Assembly (NCBI GenBank): GCA_964472675.1
Contig: CAYYLO010000004.1
Location: forward strand, 1,602 to 65,601
Direction: 5' to 3'
Length of the DNA stretch: 64,000 nt
From: an uncultured Gammaproteobacteria bacterium
GTDB lineage: Bacteria; Patescibacteriota; Microgenomatia; UBA8517; UBA10165
The translations under genes were made by a program, and so were the position numbers. This document shows positions 8,161-17,471 of this stretch, piece after piece; position 1 is the first letter of the stretch; each line of letters begins with the position of its first letter. Under the pieces are notes generated by a model. That model saw only the letters and a list, made by a program, of their open reading frames with translations. It ran no database searches and was not told where the DNA came from.

Positions 8161-9699
8161 ATGCTTGCTAAGATTTTTAGCGGGACGACGGTTGGTTTAA
8201 ATGGTGTTTTGGTCGATGTGGAAGTAGATAGCCCCTCCCAAGGCTTACCTGCCTTTACCATTGTGGGCTTGGGTGATAAAGCAGTTGACGAAGCCAAAGA
8301 ACGGGTACGGGCGGCGATTAAAAATTCGGGGGCTGACCTTCCCCCAAAAAGAATTACAGTAAATTTAGCTCCCGCAGATTTGCACAAAGAAGGCCCCGCT
8401 TTTGATTTGCCTATGGCTGTGGGGATTTTGCTTGCTTCCGAACAGTTGCCCAAGGTTGATATTTCCGAAAGTTTGTTTATTGGTGAACTTTCTCTAGACG
8501 GCTCTTTAAGACATACATCCGGGGTTTTGCCAACCGCGCTTTTGGCCAGAGAAAAGAAATTAATAAACGTCTTTTTGCCTAGAAGTAATGCCCAGGAAGC
8601 TGCCATTATTCGAGGCATAAAAGTTTATCCGGTTGAGAATTTATTAGAGCTTTTCCGCCATTTTTCAGGAGCAGAAACGATTGACGCGATTCCTGCCACA
8701 AAGTTCTCTTCTTTGGTGGGAACCGGAACAGCAGAATTTGATTTTTCAGAAGTGCAAGGACAAGAATCAGCCAAGCGCGCTTTAGAAATTGCGGCGGCTG
8801 GAGGGCACAACATTTTGATGAAAGGGATACCCGGATCAGGCAAAACAATGCTGGCACGGGCCTTTCCTGGAATATTGCCTGAACTCACAGAAGATGAGGC
8901 TCTGGAAGCAACGAAAATTTATTCTATTACCGGGAATTTGTCAGAAGGACAGTTTGTTGTCCGCACAAGACCTTTTAGAAGTCCACATCATACAATTTCC
9001 AGAAATGGTCTTATTGGAGGCGGAACCAAACCTATGCCTGGTGAGATTTCTTTAGCCCACAGAGGCGCGTTGTTTTTGGATGAATTTGCCGAATTCCCCC
9101 GCCACGTTTTGGAAGCTTTGAGACAGCCTTTGGAGGATGGCGTGGTGACGATTTCGCGTGCTGCCGGTTCTGTTTCGTACCCTGCAGAATTTGCGTTGAT
9201 TGCTGCTGTTAACCCCTGCCCTTGCGGGTACTATGGATCGGACGTTAAGCAGTGCAAATGTTTGCCCGGAGCAATTTCCCGGTATCAAAAACGCATTTCC
9301 GGCCCGATTTTGGACAGAATTGACCTGCATATTGATGTCCCTCAGGTAAAAGCCGAAAAACTACTAGCAGCCGGCGGGGTGAACGCCGAAAATTCCAAAA
9401 CTATTCAAAAAAGGGTGCAAAACGCGCGCAATATTCAGCTGAAAAGGTTTGAGGGCCAGAAAGTGAAAAATAATGCGGAAATGAGTACGAAATTAGCACG
9501 GGAGTGTTGCAAACTAACACTGGAGGAAGAGAAACTGATGCGCCAGGCTGTTGCTTCTTTGGGACTGTCGGCACGTTCCTATTATAAAGTTCTAAAAATT
9601 GCCAGGACGGTTGCTGATTTAGCAAGCAAGAAAGATATTGAATCAAACCATCTTACCGAAGCGCTTCAGTTTCGTCCCCGCGAGGAGCACTTACTATAG
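8161..9699 (+). CDS. comM: YifB/ComM Mg-chelatase-like AAA+ ATPase
   Basis: ITVNLAPADLHKEG, GIPGSGKT, PFRSPHH, SLAHRGALFLDEF, NPCPCG. Confidence 0.93.
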   Translation: MLAKIFSGTTVGLNGVLVDVEVDSPSQGLPAFTIVGLGDKAVDEAKERVRAAIKNSGADLPPKRITVNLAPADLHKEGPAFDLPMAVGILLASEQLPKVDISESLFIGELSLDGSLRHTSGVLPTALLAREKKLINVFLPRSNAQEAAIIRGIKVYPVENLLELFRHFSGAETIDAIPATKFSSLVGTGTAEFDFSEVQGQESAKRALEIAAAGGHNILMKGIPGSGKTMLARAFPGILPELTEDEALEATKIYSITGNLSEGQFVVRTRPFRSPHHTISRNGLIGGGTKPMPGEISLAHRGALFLDEFAEFPRHVLEALRQPLEDGVVTISRAAGSVSYPAEFALIAAVNPCPCGYYGSDVKQCKCLPGAISRYQKRISGPILDRIDLHIDVPQVKAEKLLAAGGVNAENSKTIQKRVQNARNIQLKRFEGQKVKNNAEMSTKLARECCKLTLEEEKLMRQAVASLGLSARSYYKVLKIARTVADLASKKDIESNHLTEALQFRPREEHLL

Positions 9700-9722
9700 T
9701 TTGGTATACTGCAAGAAATAGT

Positions 9723-10199
9723 ATGCAGTGGTTTAGGAGAAGTGCAACGATCGCTTTTTGGCCCTTTATCGACAGTATAATGACAGTATTTTCGAATACT
9801 ATTCTTCTTCGTTATGGCGTAAAAATGGCTGTTATCACAACAATAATTTTAATGCTCGCATTAAATTTCATGCTCTTTTATTTGCTCTCGCTTGAAAATG
9901 AGCTGCAAAATTGGATTGGAAAACAAACTAAAAAGATAACCTCCTGGCGGCAAAAAATCCAGAAATTTAGCATTGGAGAAAGTGCCTTAATATTGATTGT
10001 TTATACTCTTTCCGGCCCAGCTATGGCAGGAGTCCCATTGCTTTGGGTTTTGGGTATTAAGGGGAAAAAGGCTTATTTTTACATTACAATTGGTGTAGTT
10101 ATAAACTCTATACTTTGGGTGGGAGGAGTTTACCACCTTTTTTGGATATTGGCTTATGATGCCATTGGCAGTTGGACGGCTTTGAAGAAATTCTTCTAA
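9723..10199 (+). CDS. Hypothetical membrane protein
   Basis: 158-aa ORF with several hydrophobic segments, -10 box upstream, coupled to dtd. Confidence 0.65.
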   Translation: MQWFRRSATIAFWPFIDSIMTVFSNTILLRYGVKMAVITTIILMLALNFMLFYLLSLENELQNWIGKQTKKITSWRQKIQKFSIGESALILIVYTLSGPAMAGVPLLWVLGIKGKKAYFYITIGVVINSILWVGGVYHLFWILAYDAIGSWTALKKFF

Positions 10200-10203
10200 A
10201 GAT

Positions 10204-10686
10204 ATGCGTTTAGTTATTCAAAGAGTAAATTCGGCAAAAGTTTTTACAGGAGGAGAAGTTGTGGGTCAAATTGGAAAAGGGCTTTTTATCCTGGTAGGCG
10301 TAGGGCACGAAGACCGGGCTGAGTATGTGAGTACTGTTGCGAATAAAATTGCCAACATGCGTTTAATGAGCGACGATAATGACAAGATGAATTTATCAGT
10401 AAAGGATGCTAAGGGCGAAATGTTGGTAGTTTCGCAGTTTACGTTATATGCAGACACCTCAGGTGGTCGACGCCCATCTTTCGTTCAGGCTGCCACCCCC
10501 GAGGTGGCAGAGGAGATTTATCAAAAATTTGTGGAGTCGCTAAAAAGTGAGGGTATAAAAGTTGAAACTGGAAGGTTTGGAAGTTATATGAACATTGAAG
10601 CAGAATTGGATGGCCCTGTAACCATCATTTTAGATTTTTCACAAAAAGCGTCGGGAGAGCAGGAGCCCTGCGCCAACAAATATTAA
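10204..10686 (+). CDS. dtd: D-aminoacyl-tRNA deacylase
   Basis: MRLVIQRV, SQFTL, GRRPSF, DGPVT. Confidence 0.95.
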   Translation: MRLVIQRVNSAKVFTGGEVVGQIGKGLFILVGVGHEDRAEYVSTVANKIANMRLMSDDNDKMNLSVKDAKGEMLVVSQFTLYADTSGGRRPSFVQAATPEVAEEIYQKFVESLKSEGIKVETGRFGSYMNIEAELDGPVTIILDFSQKASGEQEPCANKY

Positions 10687-11058
10687 AAAGGCAGATTGGT
10701 TTTTGTCATATTGTTTTTGCTTTGCGCGATCTTCGTTAAATCCATTGATACAGCGCAGGGTTTGCTGTTGTTGGACATCTAACTCTTCTTGTGTGGCAGG
10801 GCGGGAGGTTTGTTTACCGTCTGGGCTGTAATCATAGTAAACCTGTGGATAGGGGTCACACTCCGATTCTCTTAAGGTTACAGTTGAGTTTTGAGGCAAA
10901 AGTATAGTATCGGGGAATATGCCTCTGCTCGGGTAGGGAACTCCGCGTGTAGAAATATGCAGCATCCTGCCTGCTCCGTAAAGTCCTATCAGAGTAAGAA
11001 GTGCTCCAAAAAAGGCCATCCACTGTGAAGCTTGCGAAACTCTCTGTTCTGTCGTCAT
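10639..11058 (-). CDS. Hypothetical membrane protein (2 TM flanking an extracytoplasmic loop with 2 Cys)
   Basis: 139-aa ORF, N- and C-terminal hydrophobic helices. Confidence 0.7.
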   Translation of the reverse strand: MTTEQRVSQASQWMAFFGALLTLIGLYGAGRMLHISTRGVPYPSRGIFPDTILLPQNSTVTLRESECDPYPQVYYDYSPDGKQTSRPATQEELDVQQQQTLRCINGFNEDRAKQKQYDKNQSAFLIFVGAGLLLSRRFL

Positions 11059-11072
11059 TGGTATATTAAAGG

Positions 11073-11681
11073 CTACTCCAACAACCCATTCTTTGTCAAG
11101 AATTCTGCCAAAAGCTTATTGTTCCTGTACTGCTGCCCAATTGAGACCAGATACAAGTTTAAATCTACCCAGTATTTTTTGGGCAAGACTTTTGCCAATT
11201 CCCGTTCTGTTTCTTCGGGGGTTTTGGTATTTACCCAACCTAAAAAGTTGGCAATCCTGTGAACATGGGTATCTACTCCAATTGCGGGGATATTAAACTC
11301 GCGAGCCAAAATTATGTTTGCAGTTTTCCGCCCTACCCCCGGCAGGGATGTTAAATCTTCAAGTGTGCACGGCACAACACCGCCAAACTTTTCATCTATT
11401 AGTGCAGCAAGTTTTTTAAGGTTGATGGCTTTAGCTTTATAGAAACTGACAGGTTTTATTAACTGCTCGATTTGTTCAACGGAGAGTGTGGCTATTTCGC
11501 CTGGAGTGGACGCGACCTTAAATAGTTCTTTGCATCTTGTGGCTGTAGTTTCGTCGCGAGTTCTGGCGGAGAGCATTACTGCAACTAGCGAGTGAAACGG
11601 GGTATCTGAAACAGGAATTAGAGGGATTTCCTTGTGGTTTTTCTTGAAGACTTCGAAAAATTTCTGAAATCTGTCTGGCAT
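11073..11681 (-). CDS. nth: Endonuclease III-type HhH-GPD glycosylase lacking the Fe-S motif
   Basis: LSARTRD, LPGVGRKTAN, VDTHVHRI; no C-terminal 4-Cys motif. Confidence 0.88.
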   Translation of the reverse strand: MPDRFQKFFEVFKKNHKEIPLIPVSDTPFHSLVAVMLSARTRDETTATRCKELFKVASTPGEIATLSVEQIEQLIKPVSFYKAKAINLKKLAALIDEKFGGVVPCTLEDLTSLPGVGRKTANIILAREFNIPAIGVDTHVHRIANFLGWVNTKTPEETERELAKVLPKKYWVDLNLYLVSIGQQYRNNKLLAEFLTKNGLLE

Positions 11682-11760
11682 ATTTTGGTACCCTTCCGTC
11701 ACCACAAGCACCCCACAATAGGTGGAGTACTTAAGTGGTGTTCAACAATCAGGCGAAATA

Positions 11761-11901
11761 TTATCTCTTGCCGATCTTGAACATTGTGGTGCCACAAACT
11801 TCGCAAACTGCTTTGGTTGCCGGTTTGCCGTTCTTCATTGTGACTTCTTGATGATTTTTGCCTTCGCGTGATGCGCGGCATTTTACACAATACATTGCCA
11901 T
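11761..11901 (-). CDS. DUF5679-type small zinc-ribbon protein (46 aa, not in the ORF track)
   Basis: MAMYCVKCRASREGKNHQEVTMKNGKPATKAVCEVCGTTMFKIGKR; AGGAGGTG upstream. Confidence 0.85.
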   Translation of the reverse strand: MAMYCVKCRASREGKNHQEVTMKNGKPATKAVCEVCGTTMFKIGKR

Positions 11902-11955
11902 ATTAAATTGCTTGTTAAGCTTCACCTCCTTTCCCTCTGTTAGAGGGCAGATTTC

Positions 11956-12240
11956 TTACCGTGCCCAGTATATCACCAGCTCAAGGCTAAGGATTAAGAC
12001 AGCCAGAACAAGACTTTTGATCAAATCTTTTGTCAAGAAAGGTGGTTTTGCAAAACTGCGCGAAATATCGTTATTTTTAGCGTTTTTAGCTTCATTTTCA
12101 GGGTTTTGCAAGTTTTGCAGGCGGAAACTAAATTCCCCCTTGACAACTTCCTTAGATTTTGACGATATGGTATCGTGGGGGAAGATCAGTTCCTTGTGGC
12201 GTGCAGCACGCATTTTTTGTTTTTTGGTTTTGCGAGGCAT
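11956..12240 (-). CDS. Small basic protein with C-terminal TM helix
   Basis: MPRKTKKQK...KDLIKSLVLAVLILSLELVIYW. Confidence 0.7.
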   Translation of the reverse strand: MPRKTKKQKMRAARHKELIFPHDTISSKSKEVVKGEFSFRLQNLQNPENEAKNAKNNDISRSFAKPPFLTKDLIKSLVLAVLILSLELVIYWAR

Positions 12241-12272
12241 TTGATTTAACTACAATACTATACTAAATTAGC

Positions 12273-13592
12273 ATGTCAAAAAAGACTACTTACCTTGACC
12301 CACAACTTGATTTGCCTGAAACTTTGCATACTGATCAGGAAACACTTTCCAAAATTGAGGTCCCGATAATTACCACTTCTGCAAGCTTTAAAAGTGATAT
12401 TTCGAAAATATCCGGGGAAAAGGTAAAGGATAAGGGCTCAGACATTGTTTTTTCCAGGGGGCACTTTTCAATGAGTGTTGCGCTTTTTAGGCAGGCGCAC
12501 GAGATGAAGCTTTCAAGTTGGCTTATTGACCCTGTTAACTATGTGACTGAAAAAGATTGGGGTAAGTTAAAGGGAATAGTTTTTGTGGGGCAAATTGCTG
12601 CCCGCTTCCCCATCGTTAAAAAAGTCAAAGATGCTGCAGATACTTTAATACGTGGCAAATTACCTCTTGCTGAAGCCATAAAAGCCCCTTTGCTTTACGC
12701 TACAAGCAACATCATGCAACCGATAATTTCAGTTCATTATGAAATCGGGAATATTTTAGCCAGAGAAGGGCGCAGGGTTTTGCAGGTTGTTACTGATCCT
12801 CATGTCAGACCTCAGTATCTGTTGGAAGCAGGCCGAAAGAATATCAGCTTTGCAGTTTTCAACAAAGACACGAAAGAGGAATTTTTGGCGAAAGCAAAAG
12901 AAGAGGGTGTCAGTATAGATGAGGATAGGATAGTTGTAACAGGTTCTCCTGTCGACCCGCGAATTGTTCGAGCCCGCAAAGGTAAAAACTTAAACTGGAT
13001 AGGTAAGCGCCCTTTAAGGTTGGCTATAACCACAGGTGGTTTAGGGCAAAACCAGGATGAAATACGCCATTTGCTGGAAAATATTTGTCCCTTAATTAAA
13101 ACCAGGCAGGTACAAGTAATTTTATATGCCAGCACTTTACCTGATTTTCGCCAGATGTACGAGAATATTTTGTCAAAACATACAATAACCTGGAGTAGCA
13201 GAATTGAGGATAAAACTGCTTCTGCGCGAATTATTTATAACCCAAGTATAGTGGACGCCAATCAGAACCTGATTGACTACGCCTTTCTCTGGGCTGACGG
13301 GTTTATCACAAAGCCTTCCGGAGACATGGCTTACGATGCAGCAGCAGCAGGTTGTTTCATATTGTCTTTGGATCCGTGGGGGGATTGGGAAGTAAACGTG
13401 CAGGAGATTTTTGCCCGGTTGGCTATTTTGAAACGAGCGGAGCCAGAAGATTTTACTGGCCAGTTAAGAGAGCTGCTTGCAAGCGGTTGGATTAAGCAAG
13501 CAATTAACAACGCGTTAAAAATAGATAAGATTTATCTTACTGGAGCTAAAAATATTATAAAACTACAGCAAAAACTGACACACGGGGCTTGA
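12273..13592 (+). CDS. GT-B fold glycosyltransferase-like protein
   Basis: VVTDPH, IVVTGSPV, ITTGGLG, ADGFITKPS resemble UgtP/MGDG-synthase-like motifs. Confidence 0.6.
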   Translation: MSKKTTYLDPQLDLPETLHTDQETLSKIEVPIITTSASFKSDISKISGEKVKDKGSDIVFSRGHFSMSVALFRQAHEMKLSSWLIDPVNYVTEKDWGKLKGIVFVGQIAARFPIVKKVKDAADTLIRGKLPLAEAIKAPLLYATSNIMQPIISVHYEIGNILAREGRRVLQVVTDPHVRPQYLLEAGRKNISFAVFNKDTKEEFLAKAKEEGVSIDEDRIVVTGSPVDPRIVRARKGKNLNWIGKRPLRLAITTGGLGQNQDEIRHLLENICPLIKTRQVQVILYASTLPDFRQMYENILSKHTITWSSRIEDKTASARIIYNPSIVDANQNLIDYAFLWADGFITKPSGDMAYDAAAAGCFILSLDPWGDWEVNVQEIFARLAILKRAEPEDFTGQLRELLASGWIKQAINNALKIDKIYLTGAKNIIKLQQKLTHGA

Positions 13593-13630
13593 CGGTATCG
13601 GCTAAATTCAGATAAAATGAATGAGTTCAA

Positions 13631-14089
13631 ATGTTACTCGCTCCTTCTGTGCTAGCGCTCGTTGGAGTAGGTGTAATTGTTTGGGTTGTTGTAATTACCG
13701 TTTGGCTATGTAGGGTACATTTTCATTACAAAAGGTTAATAGGTGCGACTAACAAAACAGACTTAAAGCTTATATTGGAAGATTTAATAAATAAGGTTGA
13801 CCTTGCAACAAGTGAGGCTCAAAGGATACAGAAAGAATTATCCCAAATGTCAGCAAAAATGGGTAGCTGTTTGCAAAAGGTAGGGGTAATCAGGTTTAAT
13901 CCATACTCAGATACTGGAGGCAACCAATCTTTTGCGCTAGCCTGCTTGAACGAGGCAGATTCGGGGTTGGTTATTTTAAGTCTTCATGGAAGAGAAGGTA
14001 CGCGCGTATACATAAAGGGTGTAAATCGCGGAAAATCAACATCCGGTTTGTCCCGGGAGGAAAAACAAGCAATTGAGGAAGCGCGGTAA
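13631..14089 (+). CDS. DUF4446 family protein
   Basis: QKVGVIRFNPYSDTGGNQSFALA, SLHGREGTRVYIK. Confidence 0.85.
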   Translation: MLLAPSVLALVGVGVIVWVVVITVWLCRVHFHYKRLIGATNKTDLKLILEDLINKVDLATSEAQRIQKELSQMSAKMGSCLQKVGVIRFNPYSDTGGNQSFALACLNEADSGLVILSLHGREGTRVYIKGVNRGKSTSGLSREEKQAIEEAR

Positions 14090-15244
14090 ATGAAAAACAC
14101 GAAAATTAAATTAATCGCAGGACTTTTGGGGTTGTATTTTGTTGCTGTTGGTATATCTTATGCTGTCTTTTCATATATCATCAAACCCGCAAAAGAAAGT
14201 GTTGTCCCCCAAAACGTATCAGAAACTCGCGCCAAAATAGATTCTTCGGCTCCCAAAGACCAGGAATGTCCGCTAAATGGTAAAAAGTTTACCAAAGCAG
14301 AGCGCGATATATGGGAGAAGAGAAGACCTCTTTTGGCAATGATCGAAAACCATCAAGAATCGCGGCCACAGTCGGGTTTAAGCTCTGCAGACATAATATA
14401 TGAAGCTATAGCCGAAGGGGGCATTTCTCGCTTCATGGCTGTTTTTTATTGCGGCGTGGCATCTGAGGAAGTGCAAGTTGGGCCGGTCCGCTCTGCCAGG
14501 ACTTACTTCTTGGATTGGGCATCTGAATATGGGGATCATCCACTTTATGCCCACGTAGGCGGAGCAAACAAGCCGGGACCTGCCGATGCCTTGGGGCAGA
14601 TTAACACCTACGGGTGGTTTTTGTATAACGATCTTAATCAGTTTTCGATTGGGTTTCCTACTTTTTGGCGGGACTATGAAAGACTAGGGCATACTGTTGC
14701 GACAGAGCATACGATGTATTCGACAACGGATAAGCTTCTGGCGGTTGCGGCAGGCCGCGGATTGACAAATCAGGACAAGAATGGAGTTGCCTGGAACAAA
14801 GTCTATACAAGCTGGAAATTTACTGACGGTCAAGCATCTCCATCTCCCGCTGCCTCGAAAATCTCCTTTCCGTTTGCCGGGGGCTATCAGGATTATATTG
14901 TTAATTGGGTTTACGATTCTGCTGCAAATTCTTACAAGCGTGAAAATGGATCTGCCTCTCACGTTGATTTGAACAACAACCAGCAGTTGTCTGCTTCAAG
15001 CATTGTAGTGCAATTTGCACCGTTAAAAGGGCCGATTGACGAGCTAAAGCACATGCTCTACAAAACTACTGGAGCCGGACGCGCACTTGTTTTCCAGAAT
15101 GGTGATGTGATCCAGGCTTCGTGGAGCAAAAAGACACGCACTGACAGAACTCTTTTCCTAGATAAAGCTGGCAAGCAAATAAACTTTGTGCGTGGACCAA
15201 TTTGGGTAGAAGTTGTAGATCCGGCGACTACAGTTACCTATTAA
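14090..15244 (+). CDS. DUF3048 (YerB-like) protein
   Basis: MIENHQESRPQSGLSSADIIYE, EGGISRF, GPVRSAR, GPIWVE. Confidence 0.88.
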   Translation: MKNTKIKLIAGLLGLYFVAVGISYAVFSYIIKPAKESVVPQNVSETRAKIDSSAPKDQECPLNGKKFTKAERDIWEKRRPLLAMIENHQESRPQSGLSSADIIYEAIAEGGISRFMAVFYCGVASEEVQVGPVRSARTYFLDWASEYGDHPLYAHVGGANKPGPADALGQINTYGWFLYNDLNQFSIGFPTFWRDYERLGHTVATEHTMYSTTDKLLAVAAGRGLTNQDKNGVAWNKVYTSWKFTDGQASPSPAASKISFPFAGGYQDYIVNWVYDSAANSYKRENGSASHVDLNNNQQLSASSIVVQFAPLKGPIDELKHMLYKTTGAGRALVFQNGDVIQASWSKKTRTDRTLFLDKAGKQINFVRGPIWVEVVDPATTVTY

Positions 15245-15274
15245 TTTGCTTCCTGCCAGCTCAAAAAACCTACA

Positions 15275-15859
15275 ATGGCTGCATTGCGCGATTTTATAGT
15301 TTCAAAAGTTAGAGTCAAAATAATAAAAATTCTTCTGGAGAATCCGACAGAGATGTATTATGTTCGCGATCTGGTTAGAAGGACTGGAGAAGAGATCAAT
15401 GCTGTTAGGCGTGAACTTTCCCGCATGGATGAGGCAAGTATGGTTAAGAAAGAGGCAAGGGGCAACAGGCTCTACTATTGGTTCAGGACAGACTACCCTT
15501 TCTACTCGGAGCTGTTAAGTTTGGTTGCCAAAACCACTGGTTTGGGGGCGCGCATTCGCAAAAACAAAGGCAAAATTGGCAGGCTTACTTTTGTCGTTTT
15601 TTCTGGTGAGTTTGTGCGCAGGCGACCAAAGATAAACGCCGACCAGGTTGACATCCTTGTCGTAGGGGATGTGGTTTTGCCTGAACTTGCAGGGTTAATA
15701 CGTCAGGAAGAATCTGTTCGCAATCATGAGATTAACTATACGCCGATGACCAGAGATGAGTTTGAGTTTCGCAAAAAGCGCCGTGACCCATTCGTGTTGG
15801 GGATTTTAACCTCTGCCCGCTTTATGATTCTTGGAGATGAACAGGAGTTTGTATCGTGA
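15275..15859 (+). CDS. Winged-HTH plus nucleotidyltransferase-like protein
   Basis: YYVRDLVRRTGEEINAVRREL HTH; VDILVVG NTase-like strand. Confidence 0.75.
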   Translation: MAALRDFIVSKVRVKIIKILLENPTEMYYVRDLVRRTGEEINAVRRELSRMDEASMVKKEARGNRLYYWFRTDYPFYSELLSLVAKTTGLGARIRKNKGKIGRLTFVVFSGEFVRRRPKINADQVDILVVGDVVLPELAGLIRQEESVRNHEINYTPMTRDEFEFRKKRRDPFVLGILTSARFMILGDEQEFVS

Positions 15860-16094
15860 GAGTTATGGATATCTGCTCAGCAACAGTTTCTAAAAGGCGA
15901 CGTCGGCTGTTTTGTGGTGAAAATACGTTTTACTTGGCCGCGTCTACAGGTCTCGACGAGCGCCAAAATATTTCTTATATGAAATTTTTACGTGCTCGTC
16001 TGCGACAGTCTTTTAAAAATATTGCTTCACAGATATCTGCACACGCGACTTGTATTAAAACTTCTATGATTCTTGGAGATGAACAGGAGTTTGT
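15823..16094. mobile_element. MITE-like palindromic insert flanked by a 30-bp direct repeat of the upstream gene's 3' end
   Basis: TATGATTCTTGGAGATGAACAGGAGTTTGT at 15823-15852 and 16065-16094; imperfect inverted repeats GATATCTG...CAGATATC (15868/16037). Confidence 0.7.
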
Positions 16095-16103
16095 GAGTTA
16101 GAC

Positions 16104-17462
16104 ATGAGACAGTGGAAAAAACTGCTAATCATTTTGGCGATTGTATTAGGTAGCGTGTATGTAGCTCTCCCCCCAACGCTACCTATTAAATTTTCCTATA
16201 AGAAATTTAAGGTAGATCAAACGCTAAACCGTTCTCCGCTTAGTATCATGCTGGGCGAATATTTTTCTTTCCAGCGTGATTTAAATATTAAGCTGGGTTT
16301 GGATTTGGCAGGAGGTAGCCATTTGGTTTTTGAAGCCGATATGTCAAAAATAGGGGAAAGTGATAAAAAGTTCGCAGTGGAGGGAGCGCGGGATGCAATT
16401 GAACGGAGAATCAACCTTTTTGGGGTTGCAGAAAGCACGGTTCAAACTTCGCAAGCAGGAAACTCGCACAGGATAAATATAGACTTACCAGGAGTGAAGG
16501 ACACTCAAGGGGCAATAGCCTTGATTGGCCAAACAGCACAGTTAGATTTCAGAGAGCTCCTGCCCATTCCCAAAGAAGCAACTGATACTCCGCGGTTTGT
16601 AACTTACCAAAACACGCGCTCTACCGGTTTTACAGGAAACGACTTTAAAAGAGCCAGGAGCGATTTTGATTCATCAACAGGTAAGCCGGTAGTTTCTTTT
16701 GAGACAAAGCCTGAATCAGCTAAAAAATTTGCCGACATCACAACTCGTCTTCAAGGACAACCCCTGGCAATTTTTTTAGACCAGGTACCGATTTCAAATC
16801 CAACTGTTTCCAACCCGATAACTGACGGCAGAGGAATTATCACTGGGCAATTTACTTTAGCGCAAACCAAAAGTTTGGCTAATCTTTTGAATAGCGGTGC
16901 TCTTCCTGTGCCAATCCATTTGATTGAACAGCGAACTATTGAAGCAAGCTTGGGAGCTGAGTCAATTCAGGCGAGTATTTTTGCAGGTCTGGTTGGCTTG
17001 GCGATGGTTATTTTATTTATGGTTTTGTATTACGGAAGATTGGGTATTGTCGCCAGCATTGCTTTGTTAATATATGGGTTGATTAGCTTGAGTATTTACA
17101 AATTGATTCCTATCGTTTTAACCCTGCCGGGCGTTGCAGGATTTATTTTATCTGTGGGAATGGCGGTAGATTCTAACATTTTAATTTTTGAGAGAATGAA
17201 GGAGGAACTGGCCTTGGGGAAACCCTGGAGAGACAGCATGGAAACAGCTTTCGGTAGAGCCTGGGATTCTATACGAGACGCTAACATTGCAACCCTTTTA
17301 ACTTCCTTTATATTATTTAATCCTTTAAACTTGTCTTTTCTGCACACTTCCGGCCCTGTGAGAGGTTTTGCTGCGACTCTATTTTTAGGAGTGGCAATAG
17401 GTTTGTTTACAGGTATATTTGTGACAAGGACACTGCTTCGCGTGTTTGTGCGGAAGCAGTGA
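16104..17462 (+). CDS. secD: Protein translocase subunit SecD
   Basis: KLGLDLAGG, SGALP, GMAVDSNILIFER, GPVRGFA. Confidence 0.95.
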   Translation: MRQWKKLLIILAIVLGSVYVALPPTLPIKFSYKKFKVDQTLNRSPLSIMLGEYFSFQRDLNIKLGLDLAGGSHLVFEADMSKIGESDKKFAVEGARDAIERRINLFGVAESTVQTSQAGNSHRINIDLPGVKDTQGAIALIGQTAQLDFRELLPIPKEATDTPRFVTYQNTRSTGFTGNDFKRARSDFDSSTGKPVVSFETKPESAKKFADITTRLQGQPLAIFLDQVPISNPTVSNPITDGRGIITGQFTLAQTKSLANLLNSGALPVPIHLIEQRTIEASLGAESIQASIFAGLVGLAMVILFMVLYYGRLGIVASIALLIYGLISLSIYKLIPIVLTLPGVAGFILSVGMAVDSNILIFERMKEELALGKPWRDSMETAFGRAWDSIRDANIATLLTSFILFNPLNLSFLHTSGPVRGFAATLFLGVAIGLFTGIFVTRTLLRVFVRKQ

Positions 17463-17471
17463 AAACAACAT

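Noticed and set aside
10639-10686. 48-bp convergent overlap of dtd and the neighbouring gene
   Set aside because: Most simply a lost stop giving a non-conserved Dtd tail; common in compact genomes
11858-12244. 128-aa plus-strand ORF
   Set aside because: Shadow of two better-supported minus-strand genes
15856-16101. 81-aa ORF as a real protein
   Set aside because: Made of the palindromic insert plus the duplicated gene end; at most a coupling ORF
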